A stretch of 25,861 nt of DNA, from positions 1-25,861 of the forward strand of contig RFQW01000001.1 of the NCBI GenBank assembly GCA_009924765.1, in the 5' to 3' direction. Of this stretch, positions 1 to 7,737 are shown one piece after another. Position 1 is the first letter of the stretch. Each line of letters opens with the position of its first letter. The translations under genes and the position numbers were made by a program. Origin of the DNA: Planctomycetota bacterium (lineage in GTDB: Bacteria > Planctomycetota > Phycisphaerae > Phycisphaerales > SM1A02). The notes beneath the pieces were generated by a model. It ran no database searches. It was not told the origin of the DNA and saw only the letters and a program-made list of their open reading frames with translations.

Positions 1-1
1 G

Positions 2-370
2 AAGGTGTACTCGGTGAACGAGGCGTACACCGAGGGATTCCCCGAGGGCTATCAGCGCTACCTGAAGTGGGCGCACGCGCAGGGCTACAGCAGCCGCTAC
101 ATCGGCAGCATGGTGGCGGACATCCACCGCACGCTGGTCAACGGCGGCGTGTTCCTGTATCCGCCCACGAAGAAGCATCCGGACGGCAAGCTGCGCCTGC
201 TGTACGAGGCGAACCCGATGAGCTTCCTGGTGGAGCAGGCCGGTGGCGTGAGCGTGAACGGCAGCGCGCGCACGATGGACATCGAGCCGAAGGCGCTGCA
301 CGAACGCACGCCGCTGGTGATGGGTTCGGCCGACGAAGTGGAACATGTGCTGCGCCACGTGCGCGGCTGA
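2..370 (+). CDS. fbp: Class 1 fructose-1,6-bisphosphatase, C-terminal part (5'-truncated by window)
   Basis: Motifs SRYIGSMVADIHRTL, GGVFLYP and GKLRLLYEANPMSFLVEQAGG are typical of class 1 FBPase. The frame is open from base 2. Confidence 0.93.
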   Translation, partial: KVYSVNEAYTEGFPEGYQRYLKWAHAQGYSSRYIGSMVADIHRTLVNGGVFLYPPTKKHPDGKLRLLYEANPMSFLVEQAGGVSVNGSARTMDIEPKALHERTPLVMGSADEVEHVLRHVRG

Positions 371-409
371 ACGACACGGAACGCAATCACACTCAGGAGT
401 GACGCCCAC

Positions 410-3400
410 ATGCGACGCGCATTGATGGCCTTGGCGGTTTGCACGCAACTTGTCTCCGCCGCGCTGGCCGATGGCACCGTGCCGTTGCCTGCCGCGCCCG
501 GTCGTGGCTATGCCATGCATCCGGCGATCGCGGGGGATCGGCTGGTGTTCGTGGCGGATGGCGACCTGTGGACCGCGCGCCTGAACGGCGACCTGTCGAA
601 GCCCATCGAGGCCGCGCGCCTGACCAGCGGCACCGGCATGGAGACGGCGCCAGTGCTGTCGCCCGACGGCAGCATGCTGGCATTCATGGCCGACTATGAC
701 GGCACGCCCGAGGTGTATGCCATGCCCGTGACGGGCGGCGCGCCGCGGCGGCTCACCTTTCATCCAAGCACGGAGCGGCCGCTGGCGTTCACCGCCGATG
801 GCGCGCAGGTGATCTATCGAAGCGATCGCGCGAACCCGCTTGGTCGCACCGAACTGTGGAGCGTGCCGGTGGTGGGCGGACCGTCGAAGCCGCTGGGCAT
901 CGGCGAGGGCTCGCTGGCCAGCATCGACGCGGCCACCGGTCGCATGGCGTTCACGCCGTGGAGCAACGAGAACTGGAGCTGGAAGCGCTATCGCGGCGGC
1001 ACCGCGCCAGACCTGTGGATCACCGACGCGGAGCGCAAGAACTTCACGCGGCTCACCAAGACGCCGGAGAACGAGCTGTTCCCGATGTGGCTGCAGGGAC
1101 GCGTGTGGTTCCTGAGCGACGCAGATGGACGCATGAACCTGTGCAGCGTTGCGGCGGACGGTAGTGATCGGAAGCAGCACACCAGGTTCGGCACGAATGA
1201 CCTGGAGCCGCGCTGGGCGAAGGCCGATCCGGGCAAGGAAGGTTCGCGCATCGTGTTCACGCGCGGCGCCGATGTGGTGCTTTTCGATGCGAAGGATGGT
1301 GCGCAGCGCACGCTGGACCTGCGGCTGATCGGAGATCGATTCGCCGATCGCCTGCGGCAGCGGCCGGCCACCGAGAGCGCGTCGGGATTGTCGCTTTCGC
1401 CGGAAGCCGAGGCGCTGTTGATCGAGAGTCGCGGCGAGTTTGCCGTGGTGCCGCTGGCGGGTGCGGGGCATCGTTCGTTGAGTGGCTTTCAGGCGCCAAA
1501 CACGGCGGGCAAGCGCGAGTACGGCGCTGCATGGCTCGATGAAAGCACCATCGCGTACGTGACGGAGCATGGGGATGGCTACGCGATCGTGGCACGCGAC
1601 CTGAGCGATTCTGAGAGTGGCGAAGCCGTGCTGACCACGTGCCCCGTGTGGTGCCTGGCGCCACGGGCGAGCTCGGACGGAAAGTTCCTGACCTTCGCGG
1701 ACAAGACGGGCGTCTTGAGGTTGGTCGATGTGGAGAGCGGTGCGGTGACGGAGATCGACCGCAGCGAGAATGGGATTCCGCGTTACTACCGTTTCAGTCC
1801 GGATGGAGAATGGGTGTCGTGGGCACGACCGCTTGCGAATGGATTGTGGCAGATCGTGCTGCGCGAGATCGCGTCCGGCAAGACCGCCGCGATCGGCGAC
1901 GGCATGACCAACGACACATCGCCGCGATGGGATCCGGCCGGCGCGTACCTGTACTTCCTGTCGGATCGGCACATCGATCCGGTGATGGATGGCATGGAGC
2001 TGAACTTCGCCAACGTGAACACCACCGCGGTGTGCGCGCTGCCGCTGAAGGCTTCCACGCCACCACCGTTCGCCGCTGAGGCTGCCGAAGCGGAATTCGA
2101 TCTGGAGGCGTGGGCCACGGGCAAGTTGGGTGCGTGGGAAGCGGGCAAGGCGGATGGCGACGAGGATGCCGACAAGGGTGCGGATGCCGCGCCGAAGGTC
2201 AGCGCGTCGGCGAAGTCGAAGGGCGCGAAGAAGGTGGCTTCGACGTCCGACGACGATGCAGATGAAGCCGATGAGGATGACGGCGCGGGCGCGCACGTTG
2301 CATCGATCGCCGTGGATCTGGAAGACATGGCATCGCGCGTGGTGGTGCTGCCGATCACGCCTGGCAACTTCGACGGCTTCGAGGCGGCGCCGGGTGCGGT
2401 GCTGCTTGGCCGTTGGCCGCTGCAGGGCGTTGCCAGCGAGCCGTGGCCGGTGCCGCCGCTTGGCAAGGGCGGCACGCATCTGGAGCGGTTCGACATCGTG
2501 CAGGAGAAGTCGTCGCCCGTGTTCGACAAGCCCATCGAGGCGTGGGTGATGGACGGCACGGCCGCGCAGGTGGTGGTGTGGGATGGCGAGCACATGGCCA
2601 TGGTTGCACCCACGGGCGGTGAGCCAACCGAACTGGGACTGGACGGCGTGATGGTGGACGTGGATCCGCGTCAGGAGTGGCGGCAGATGTTCGACGAGGC
2701 GTGGCGTCTGCAGCGCGACTTCTTCTGGCGAAGCGACATGGGTGGCGTGGACTGGAATGCCGCGCGGCAGCGCTACCTGCCGCTGGTGGATCGCGTGGGC
2801 ACGCGCCAGGAACTGAACGACCTGATCGGACAGATGAGCAGCGAGCTTGGCAACAGCCACGTGTACATCGACGGCGGCGAGGAATTCCGCAAGCCCGAGC
2901 ATGTGGAGATGGCCACGCTGGGTGCCGATGTGGAACCACGCGATGGCGGATGGGTGATCACGCGCGTGCTGCCGGACTTCCATGCCACGGGTGGTCCGGA
3001 GAGCCCGCTCGCGGCACCGTTCCGCGGCGTGAAGCCGGGCATGTTCGTCGTGGAGGTGGATGGCAAGCCGGTGTTCCCGGATCGCGAGATCGGAGCGGCA
3101 CTGGCCGGCCGCGCGGGCCATGCCACCATGGTCACGCTGGCCGATGCGCCCGATGGCACCGGCGCGCGCGTGTTGGAGGTCACCTTGCCGTCGAGCGATT
3201 CGGCGCTTCGCTACTTCGACTGGGTGGAGACGAATCGCCGAGCGGTGGCGCAGCGCAGCGGTGGGCGGCTGGGCTACATGCACATCCCCGACATGGACAC
3301 CGCGGGCATCACGGCGTTCATGCGCACCTTCTATCCGCAGGTGGATCGCGAAGGCATGGTGGTGGATGTGCGCAACAACGGCGGCGGCTACGTGAGTCCG

Positions 3401-3874
3401 GTGCTGGTGGAACGCCTGTCGCGCAAGCCGTGGGCCTACAGCGTGCCGCGCGATGGGCGCGCCGAGACCACGCCGAACAAGACGCTGGTCGGGCCGATCG
3501 CTGTGCTGATCGATCAGGATGCCGGCAGCGACGGCGACATCTTTCCGGAGAGCATGCGCGAGATGAAGAACGGCACGCTGATCGGCACGCGCACATGGGG
3601 CGGCGTGATCGGCATCGAGGGTGACAAGCCGTTCGTGGATGGTGGCATGGCCACGCAGCCCGGATGGGGTCACTGGACGCCTTCGCGCGGCTACGCGATG
3701 GAGAACCAGGGCGTGGCGCCCGACATCGAGGTGGAGATCACGCCGGCGGACCGTGCGGCGGGCCGCGATCCGCAGCTCGACAAGGCGATCGAGACGCTGT
3801 CAGGCAAGCTTCCGGCGAAGCGCTTTGTGCCGCCGCGACCGGAGACGCAGCCGCCCACCTCGCCGACGCGGTGA
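410..3874 (+). CDS. Secreted tricorn-like S41 family protease (beta-propellers, PDZ, S41 catalytic domain)
   Basis: 1154 aa with an N-terminal signal-peptide-like segment, PD40-like repeats (PVLSPDGSMLAF, FSPDGEWV), SHVY (catalytic His region), DVRNNGGG and AGSDGDIF (tricorn catalytic Ser motif). AGGAG SD lies upstream. An acidic/Lys-rich linker is at ~2150-2290. Confidence 0.92.
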   Translation: MRRALMALAVCTQLVSAALADGTVPLPAAPGRGYAMHPAIAGDRLVFVADGDLWTARLNGDLSKPIEAARLTSGTGMETAPVLSPDGSMLAFMADYDGTPEVYAMPVTGGAPRRLTFHPSTERPLAFTADGAQVIYRSDRANPLGRTELWSVPVVGGPSKPLGIGEGSLASIDAATGRMAFTPWSNENWSWKRYRGGTAPDLWITDAERKNFTRLTKTPENELFPMWLQGRVWFLSDADGRMNLCSVAADGSDRKQHTRFGTNDLEPRWAKADPGKEGSRIVFTRGADVVLFDAKDGAQRTLDLRLIGDRFADRLRQRPATESASGLSLSPEAEALLIESRGEFAVVPLAGAGHRSLSGFQAPNTAGKREYGAAWLDESTIAYVTEHGDGYAIVARDLSDSESGEAVLTTCPVWCLAPRASSDGKFLTFADKTGVLRLVDVESGAVTEIDRSENGIPRYYRFSPDGEWVSWARPLANGLWQIVLREIASGKTAAIGDGMTNDTSPRWDPAGAYLYFLSDRHIDPVMDGMELNFANVNTTAVCALPLKASTPPPFAAEAAEAEFDLEAWATGKLGAWEAGKADGDEDADKGADAAPKVSASAKSKGAKKVASTSDDDADEADEDDGAGAHVASIAVDLEDMASRVVVLPITPGNFDGFEAAPGAVLLGRWPLQGVASEPWPVPPLGKGGTHLERFDIVQEKSSPVFDKPIEAWVMDGTAAQVVVWDGEHMAMVAPTGGEPTELGLDGVMVDVDPRQEWRQMFDEAWRLQRDFFWRSDMGGVDWNAARQRYLPLVDRVGTRQELNDLIGQMSSELGNSHVYIDGGEEFRKPEHVEMATLGADVEPRDGGWVITRVLPDFHATGGPESPLAAPFRGVKPGMFVVEVDGKPVFPDREIGAALAGRAGHATMVTLADAPDGTGARVLEVTLPSSDSALRYFDWVETNRRAVAQRSGGRLGYMHIPDMDTAGITAFMRTFYPQVDREGMVVDVRNNGGGYVSPVLVERLSRKPWAYSVPRDGRAETTPNKTLVGPIAVLIDQDAGSDGDIFPESMREMKNGTLIGTRTWGGVIGIEGDKPFVDGGMATQPGWGHWTPSRGYAMENQGVAPDIEVEITPADRAAGRDPQLDKAIETLSGKLPAKRFVPPRPETQPPTSPTR

Positions 3875-3879
3875 GTCCC

Positions 3880-3949
3880 ATACGAGGGACGGGGGTACAT
3901 ATGAGACGCGCGCAAAGTTGCGTCTCATATGTACCCCCGTCCCTCATAT
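3880..3949. repeat. Long inverted repeat (30-bp arms, 1 mismatch, 10-nt loop); REP/MITE-like copy 1
   Basis: 3880-3909 ATACGAGGGACGGGGGTACATATGAGACGC versus 3920-3949, whose reverse complement is ATATGAGGGACGGGGGTACATATGAGACGC. It fills the gap between the convergent tricorn and prpD stops. Confidence 0.9.
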
Positions 3950-3952
3950 CGG

Positions 3953-5503
3953 TCACTCGAAGGGGCCGCGGTCGATGATGTCGAAGTTGTGGATCGACGC
4001 GAGGTCGCGCTTGCCCATCTCGCCCACGGCGAGCAGGTTCTTCGCCAGTCGCTTGGGCTTGTCCACGGCCAGCTTGCCCAGCAGCTGGAACTTCGCGTCG
4101 AGGATGCCCTTCAGGTCGGCGGTGGTGTTGCGCGCGTGGCCCGAGGGGAACATTACCAGTCCGCTGTCGAAGCTGGCGCCGCCTTCCATCTCCACCTTGA
4201 GCGAGGTGGGGATGCCTTCGGGGTAGCGGCGGTCGTACTCGGCGCCGCCGTGCTGGAAGTCCATCTTGGCCATCAGCGCGCGCGTCTGCGCGTTCTTGAT
4301 CGCATCGGGGTCGTAGTCGTGCGGCCCAAGCATCAGCGTCTTCCACACATCGTCGTTGCCGGCGCCCAGCGCGGTCGCGCCCTTCTTGGCCACGCGCTCG
4401 GCGGCCTTCCGCAGCAGCGTGCCCACGATGTACACCATGCTGTGATCCGCGCTCTGGCGCGTCTTGGGATCGCGCTTGGCCGGGTCGCCGATGATGCCGA
4501 ATGCCGGCTCGTAGGCCGTGATCAGGATGCGCTTGATCGCCTGCGGCTTCTGCGCGATCTCGGGGTGCTTCTGCACCAGATCGATCATGCCCTGCAGCGC
4601 GCCCGCGCTCTGGTGCTCGTACAGGCCCAGCTTGAAGTGCATGCCCATCACCGCGAAGTCGTCGCCGCCCATCGACAGCTGCAGGTCGAACGGGCTCTCG
4701 CCGCCGGTCTTCACGAACTGCCGGAACATGCTCTCGGGGTTGCGGAAGATGTCGCGCGGCCCCATGAAGCCGCGCATGGATCGCTGCATGCACAGGATGG
4801 CGAACTCGGTGCTGATGGCGGCGCTGGCGCCCTTCGAGTCGCTGAGCTGCTTGCCCGCGCGGATGGCGCGCCACGGAATCGCGTGCGCCACGAACATGCC
4901 GATGGCGCTCTCGATCTCGTCGGCGCTGGCACCCAGCATGGCGCCGTACACGGCGGCGCTGGCGATGGCGCCGTGCACCACGTGATCGATCTTGTAGGTC
5001 TTCAGCGAGAACACCTCGGCCAGTCGGCCGCGGATCTCGTCCAGGCACACCATGCCGCGCAGCGCCATGTCGCCGCCCTCGCCGGCCAGCTGCGCCGCGG
5101 CCACGGGCACCGCATAGAAGTCGTTGTGGCCGAACTCGCCGGCGGTGTGACCCAGCGCGGGGCGGTAGCCGAAGTTGGTGCCGTTGCTGTCCCACTCGCG
5201 CACGGCCGCGCAGTTGGCCACGATCGCCTTCTCGGGCGCCACCTTGCGCGTGCTGCCGAACACCGTCACGCCCTTCTTGTTCGGGTAGCGCAGCGCCTCC
5301 TGACGCAGCAGCGTTGGCGCGTTGGTGCACAGGGCCAGCGCGCTGGCGCCGCACAGCACCGCATCGGTGAAGAACAGGCTGGTGCGCTCCAGCACCGTGG
5401 CGCTGGGCGCGCCTTCACGCAGGAAGTCGATGGCGTACTGCCCGATGCCAAGGGCCTGGTTCGTGTCGCGGTTCAGCTTGCGGGGTGCGGATGCGTCGCT
5501 CAT
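3953..5503 (-). CDS. prpD: MmgE/PrpD family protein, probable 2-methylcitrate dehydratase
   Basis: 516 aa from ATG 5503 (GGAG SD 7 nt upstream). Motifs VREWDSNGT, GHNDF, IDHVVHG, QLSDSKG and FKLGLYEHQSAG match the PrpD/MmgE layout. The ORF-track 5' extension to 5977 is a shadow of the upstream gene. Confidence 0.8.
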   Translation of the reverse strand: MSDASAPRKLNRDTNQALGIGQYAIDFLREGAPSATVLERTSLFFTDAVLCGASALALCTNAPTLLRQEALRYPNKKGVTVFGSTRKVAPEKAIVANCAAVREWDSNGTNFGYRPALGHTAGEFGHNDFYAVPVAAAQLAGEGGDMALRGMVCLDEIRGRLAEVFSLKTYKIDHVVHGAIASAAVYGAMLGASADEIESAIGMFVAHAIPWRAIRAGKQLSDSKGASAAISTEFAILCMQRSMRGFMGPRDIFRNPESMFRQFVKTGGESPFDLQLSMGGDDFAVMGMHFKLGLYEHQSAGALQGMIDLVQKHPEIAQKPQAIKRILITAYEPAFGIIGDPAKRDPKTRQSADHSMVYIVGTLLRKAAERVAKKGATALGAGNDDVWKTLMLGPHDYDPDAIKNAQTRALMAKMDFQHGGAEYDRRYPEGIPTSLKVEMEGGASFDSGLVMFPSGHARNTTADLKGILDAKFQLLGKLAVDKPKRLAKNLLAVGEMGKRDLASIHNFDIIDRGPFE

Positions 5504-5555
5504 GGGGTGTCTCCGGTTGAAGGGGACACACTCTAGCAGCGGCAGCCGCGCGATT

Positions 5556-6671
5556 TCAGGCGGGGAACAGGGCCTCGAGCAGCTCCACGATGCCCTTGCC
5601 CTGCGTGGCGATGGTCTCCAGGATGGGTCGTCCGCCGGCCACATCCAGCAGTTCGCGCACCAGCTTGGCCTCGCCCGCGTGGTCGGCCTTGTTGGCCACG
5701 AACACGTCGGCGATCTCCAGGATGCCCGCCTTGTCCATCTGCACGCTGTCGCCCATGCCCGGCACCACCACGACCGCGGTGCGATCGACATGGTTGCGGA
5801 TGGCGACGTCGTTCTGGCCAGCGCCCACGGTCTCGACGACCACTTCGTCGAAGCCGGCCTCGCCCAGCAGCCCAAGGATGTCGGGCAGGCTCGCGTAGTC
5901 CTCGCCCACGATCGCCAGCGAGCGGTAGAACACCTTCTCGTCGACGGCGTTGAAGTCGACGCGCAGGCGATCGCCAAGCAATGCGCCGCCCGTGATCGGG
6001 CTCATGGGGTCGAACGCGATCACGGCCATGCGGCGGCCGCGGCGAACCGCTTCGCCCACCATGGCCGCCACCAGCGTGCTCTTGCCAGCGCCGGGTGCGC
6101 CGGTGATGCCCACCACGCGCTTGGGTCGACGCCCGGCCATCTTGCCCGTGGGCTTGGCGTGCGCCATGGAAATGCGGCGTGCCAGCACGGCCTCGGCGCT
6201 GGGCGAAGTGAGCGGCACATGCGCCTTCACCGCCTCGCGCACGCTGTCCACGATGGTGTCCAGGCCCGCACCCGTGTGGAAGATGCGGTGCACGCCCGCG
6301 TCGAGCAGGGGCTTCACGTCTTCCTTCGGAATGATGCCGCCCACGTTCACGACCATGTCGGATCGGCCCAGCTTGCGGCACTCGTCGAGCAGACGCGGCA
6401 CCAGCACCAGATGGCTGTTGCTCATCATGCTGCAGGCGATGCAGTCCGCGTCCTCGTCGCGCGCGCCGATGGCCAGGCTGCGCGGCGTCTGCCACAGACC
6501 GCTGTAGATCACGTGCACGCCGCTGTCGCGCAGCAGGCGCGCGATCAGCTTCACGCCGCGGTCATGGCCGTCGAGCCCCATCTTGCCAAGCAGCACGCGT
6601 GGACGGTGCGGCAAATCGGCGCAGCGATCGCGCTTCTCGATGGGTGTGGTTGGTTCAGTGGTGCCGTGCAC
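5556..6671 (-). CDS. Cobalamin-binding domain (methylmalonyl-CoA mutase C-terminal type) fused to a MeaB/ArgK-like GTPase
   Basis: The N-half has RVLLGKMGLDGHDRG (DxHxxG) and VGGIIP. The C-half has GITGAPGAGKST (P-loop), DPMSPITGGALLGDR, ETVGAGQ and NKAD. GTG 6671 has AAGGA 9 nt upstream. Confidence 0.88.
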   Translation of the reverse strand: MHGTTEPTTPIEKRDRCADLPHRPRVLLGKMGLDGHDRGVKLIARLLRDSGVHVIYSGLWQTPRSLAIGARDEDADCIACSMMSNSHLVLVPRLLDECRKLGRSDMVVNVGGIIPKEDVKPLLDAGVHRIFHTGAGLDTIVDSVREAVKAHVPLTSPSAEAVLARRISMAHAKPTGKMAGRRPKRVVGITGAPGAGKSTLVAAMVGEAVRRGRRMAVIAFDPMSPITGGALLGDRLRVDFNAVDEKVFYRSLAIVGEDYASLPDILGLLGEAGFDEVVVETVGAGQNDVAIRNHVDRTAVVVVPGMGDSVQMDKAGILEIADVFVANKADHAGEAKLVRELLDVAGGRPILETIATQGKGIVELLEALFPA

Positions 6672-6691
6672 GGGAAACCATCCTTGGTCGT

Positions 6692-7384
6692 TCAGGATGC
6701 GGGGGTGTTGGCCGCGTCGTCGGAGGGCTGTGCACCGACGCGCTTGGCATCCGGCGTCCACTCGTCCGGATGCAGTCGGTGCGCGATGGCACCGATGATC
6801 AGGTGCATGTTCTTGTGATCGTGGTCGTCGAGCAGGATGGTGCGGCCATCCTTCAGCACCGCTTTGGCGGTCCAGGTGCTGCGGCGGTCACCCGTGGCGC
6901 TGCACCAGCGGCTCATGTCGATGTCCACGATGTCGGCAGCCGACACCGATTCGCTGGGCGTGCGCAGCGTGCCGTCGTCCTCGAGGCGATAGGGCTTCAT
7001 CCTGGTGCGGATGATGGGCCACACGAACATGGGCACGCCCAGGACGCCGCAGCCCACGATGTACAGCCACAGCTGCATGGGGCGGTCGTACACTGCCGGC
7101 TTCGCGGGCACCGTGCTGCCGTATCGCGCGCGGATGCCGTCGAGGTCCTTCTTGGCATCCTCCATCTGCTTGATCTGCGCGTCGTCGAGCGGCTTGGTTT
7201 CAGCCTGCTTCTCCAGCGTGGAGCGGGTGTCCTTGGCCTTCTCGTAGATGGCCGAGTCGACCTCGAGTCGCGGGATCTTGATGGCGTAGTCGTACCAGCC
7301 CCACACGCCGAACACCGCGCACAGCACTGCGAAACCGACATTGCGCCAGAGAGTGAACGGCTGGATGCCTGTGACGATCGCCAT
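6692..7384 (-). CDS. Hypothetical membrane protein with two predicted TM helices
   Basis: 230 aa from ATG 7384 with high-GC codon usage. Hydrophobic segments are VGFAVLCAVFGVWGWYDY and LWLYIVGCGVLGVPMFVW. TACACT -10-like box lies 9 nt upstream. Confidence 0.75.
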   Translation of the reverse strand: MAIVTGIQPFTLWRNVGFAVLCAVFGVWGWYDYAIKIPRLEVDSAIYEKAKDTRSTLEKQAETKPLDDAQIKQMEDAKKDLDGIRARYGSTVPAKPAVYDRPMQLWLYIVGCGVLGVPMFVWPIIRTRMKPYRLEDDGTLRTPSESVSAADIVDIDMSRWCSATGDRRSTWTAKAVLKDGRTILLDDHDHKNMHLIIGAIAHRLHPDEWTPDAKRVGAQPSDDAANTPAS

Positions 7385-7421
7385 GGGTGCAGAAGTGTAC
7401 TGCAACGCGTGACCCGCAACG

Positions 7422-7453
7422 CAGAAGCCCTCGCGCGGGGGCGAGGGCTTCTG
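7422..7453. terminator. Perfect 13-bp stem-loop, terminator-like
   Basis: CAGAAGCCCTCGC-gcgggg-GCGAGGGCTTCTG. The U-tract is weak on both strands. Confidence 0.5.
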
Positions 7454-7480
7454 GAACCGGCACGAGGCCGGCATTCAAAT

Positions 7481-7673
7481 CGCGATGGGGGCGGCCTTGT
7501 TGGGAGGCGGCCACTTCGACTGGTCCGGCTTCCGTTCCGGACCATGCGGCCGCCGGTAATGGCCGCGATCGAAGGGTCGGGACAAGCGGTCTCCGTGCTC
7601 GTCCGACCAGTGCAAGGAGGGTCCATCCACTCGCCGACCTTGGTTCCTCCCCTTGGGGTCCGACCCCATCGCG
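7481..7673. ncRNA. Candidate structured ncRNA (~193 nt), possibly 6S RNA
   Basis: Ends pair (CGCGATGGGG 7481-7490 / CCCCATCGCG 7664-7673), with a nested GGGAGG/CCTCCC helix and several internal hairpins. It is intergenic and flanked by two separate stem-loops. Identity is not verified. Confidence 0.5.
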
Positions 7674-7681
7674 TGCGTGCG

Positions 7682-7719
7682 CCCGATTCGCCGTCGGAGC
7701 AGTGACGAAGCGAATCAGG
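7682..7719. terminator. Stem-loop just downstream of the nrdJ stop
   Basis: CCCGATTCGC (7682-7691) pairs with GCGAATCAGG (7710-7719) with one imperfect pair, plus an inner CGTC/GACG pairing. Confidence 0.4.
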
Positions 7720-7737
7720 CGTTGTCCAATGCGTCCG

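Noticed and set aside
2150-2290. Acidic/Lys low-complexity stretch in tricorn
   Set aside because: Such linkers are common in bacterial tricorn homologues, and there is no nucleotide-level repeat.
3929-5536. 535-aa plus-strand ORF and 3738-5354 minus-strand ORF
   Set aside because: Antisense or off-frame shadows of prpD in high-GC DNA, with no recognisable motifs.
7522-7546. SRP RNA helix-8 resemblance on the minus strand (CATGGTCCGGAACGGAAGCCG versus CAGGTCCGGAAGGAAGCAG)
   Set aside because: The loop would be 5 nt rather than GNRA, the CAGG/AGCA internal loop is not preserved, and a stronger 8-bp hairpin competes. It still merits a cmscan check.
7475-7669. 64-aa minus-strand ORF over the structured element
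   Set aside because: No SD or -10 box, no recognisable motif, and it coincides with the base-paired region. An RNA explanation fits better.
7385-7737. Cobalamin riboswitch upstream of the B12-domain gene
   Set aside because: Expected from context, but no B12-box or GGGAA/GCCACTG-type conserved segments were found on the minus strand.
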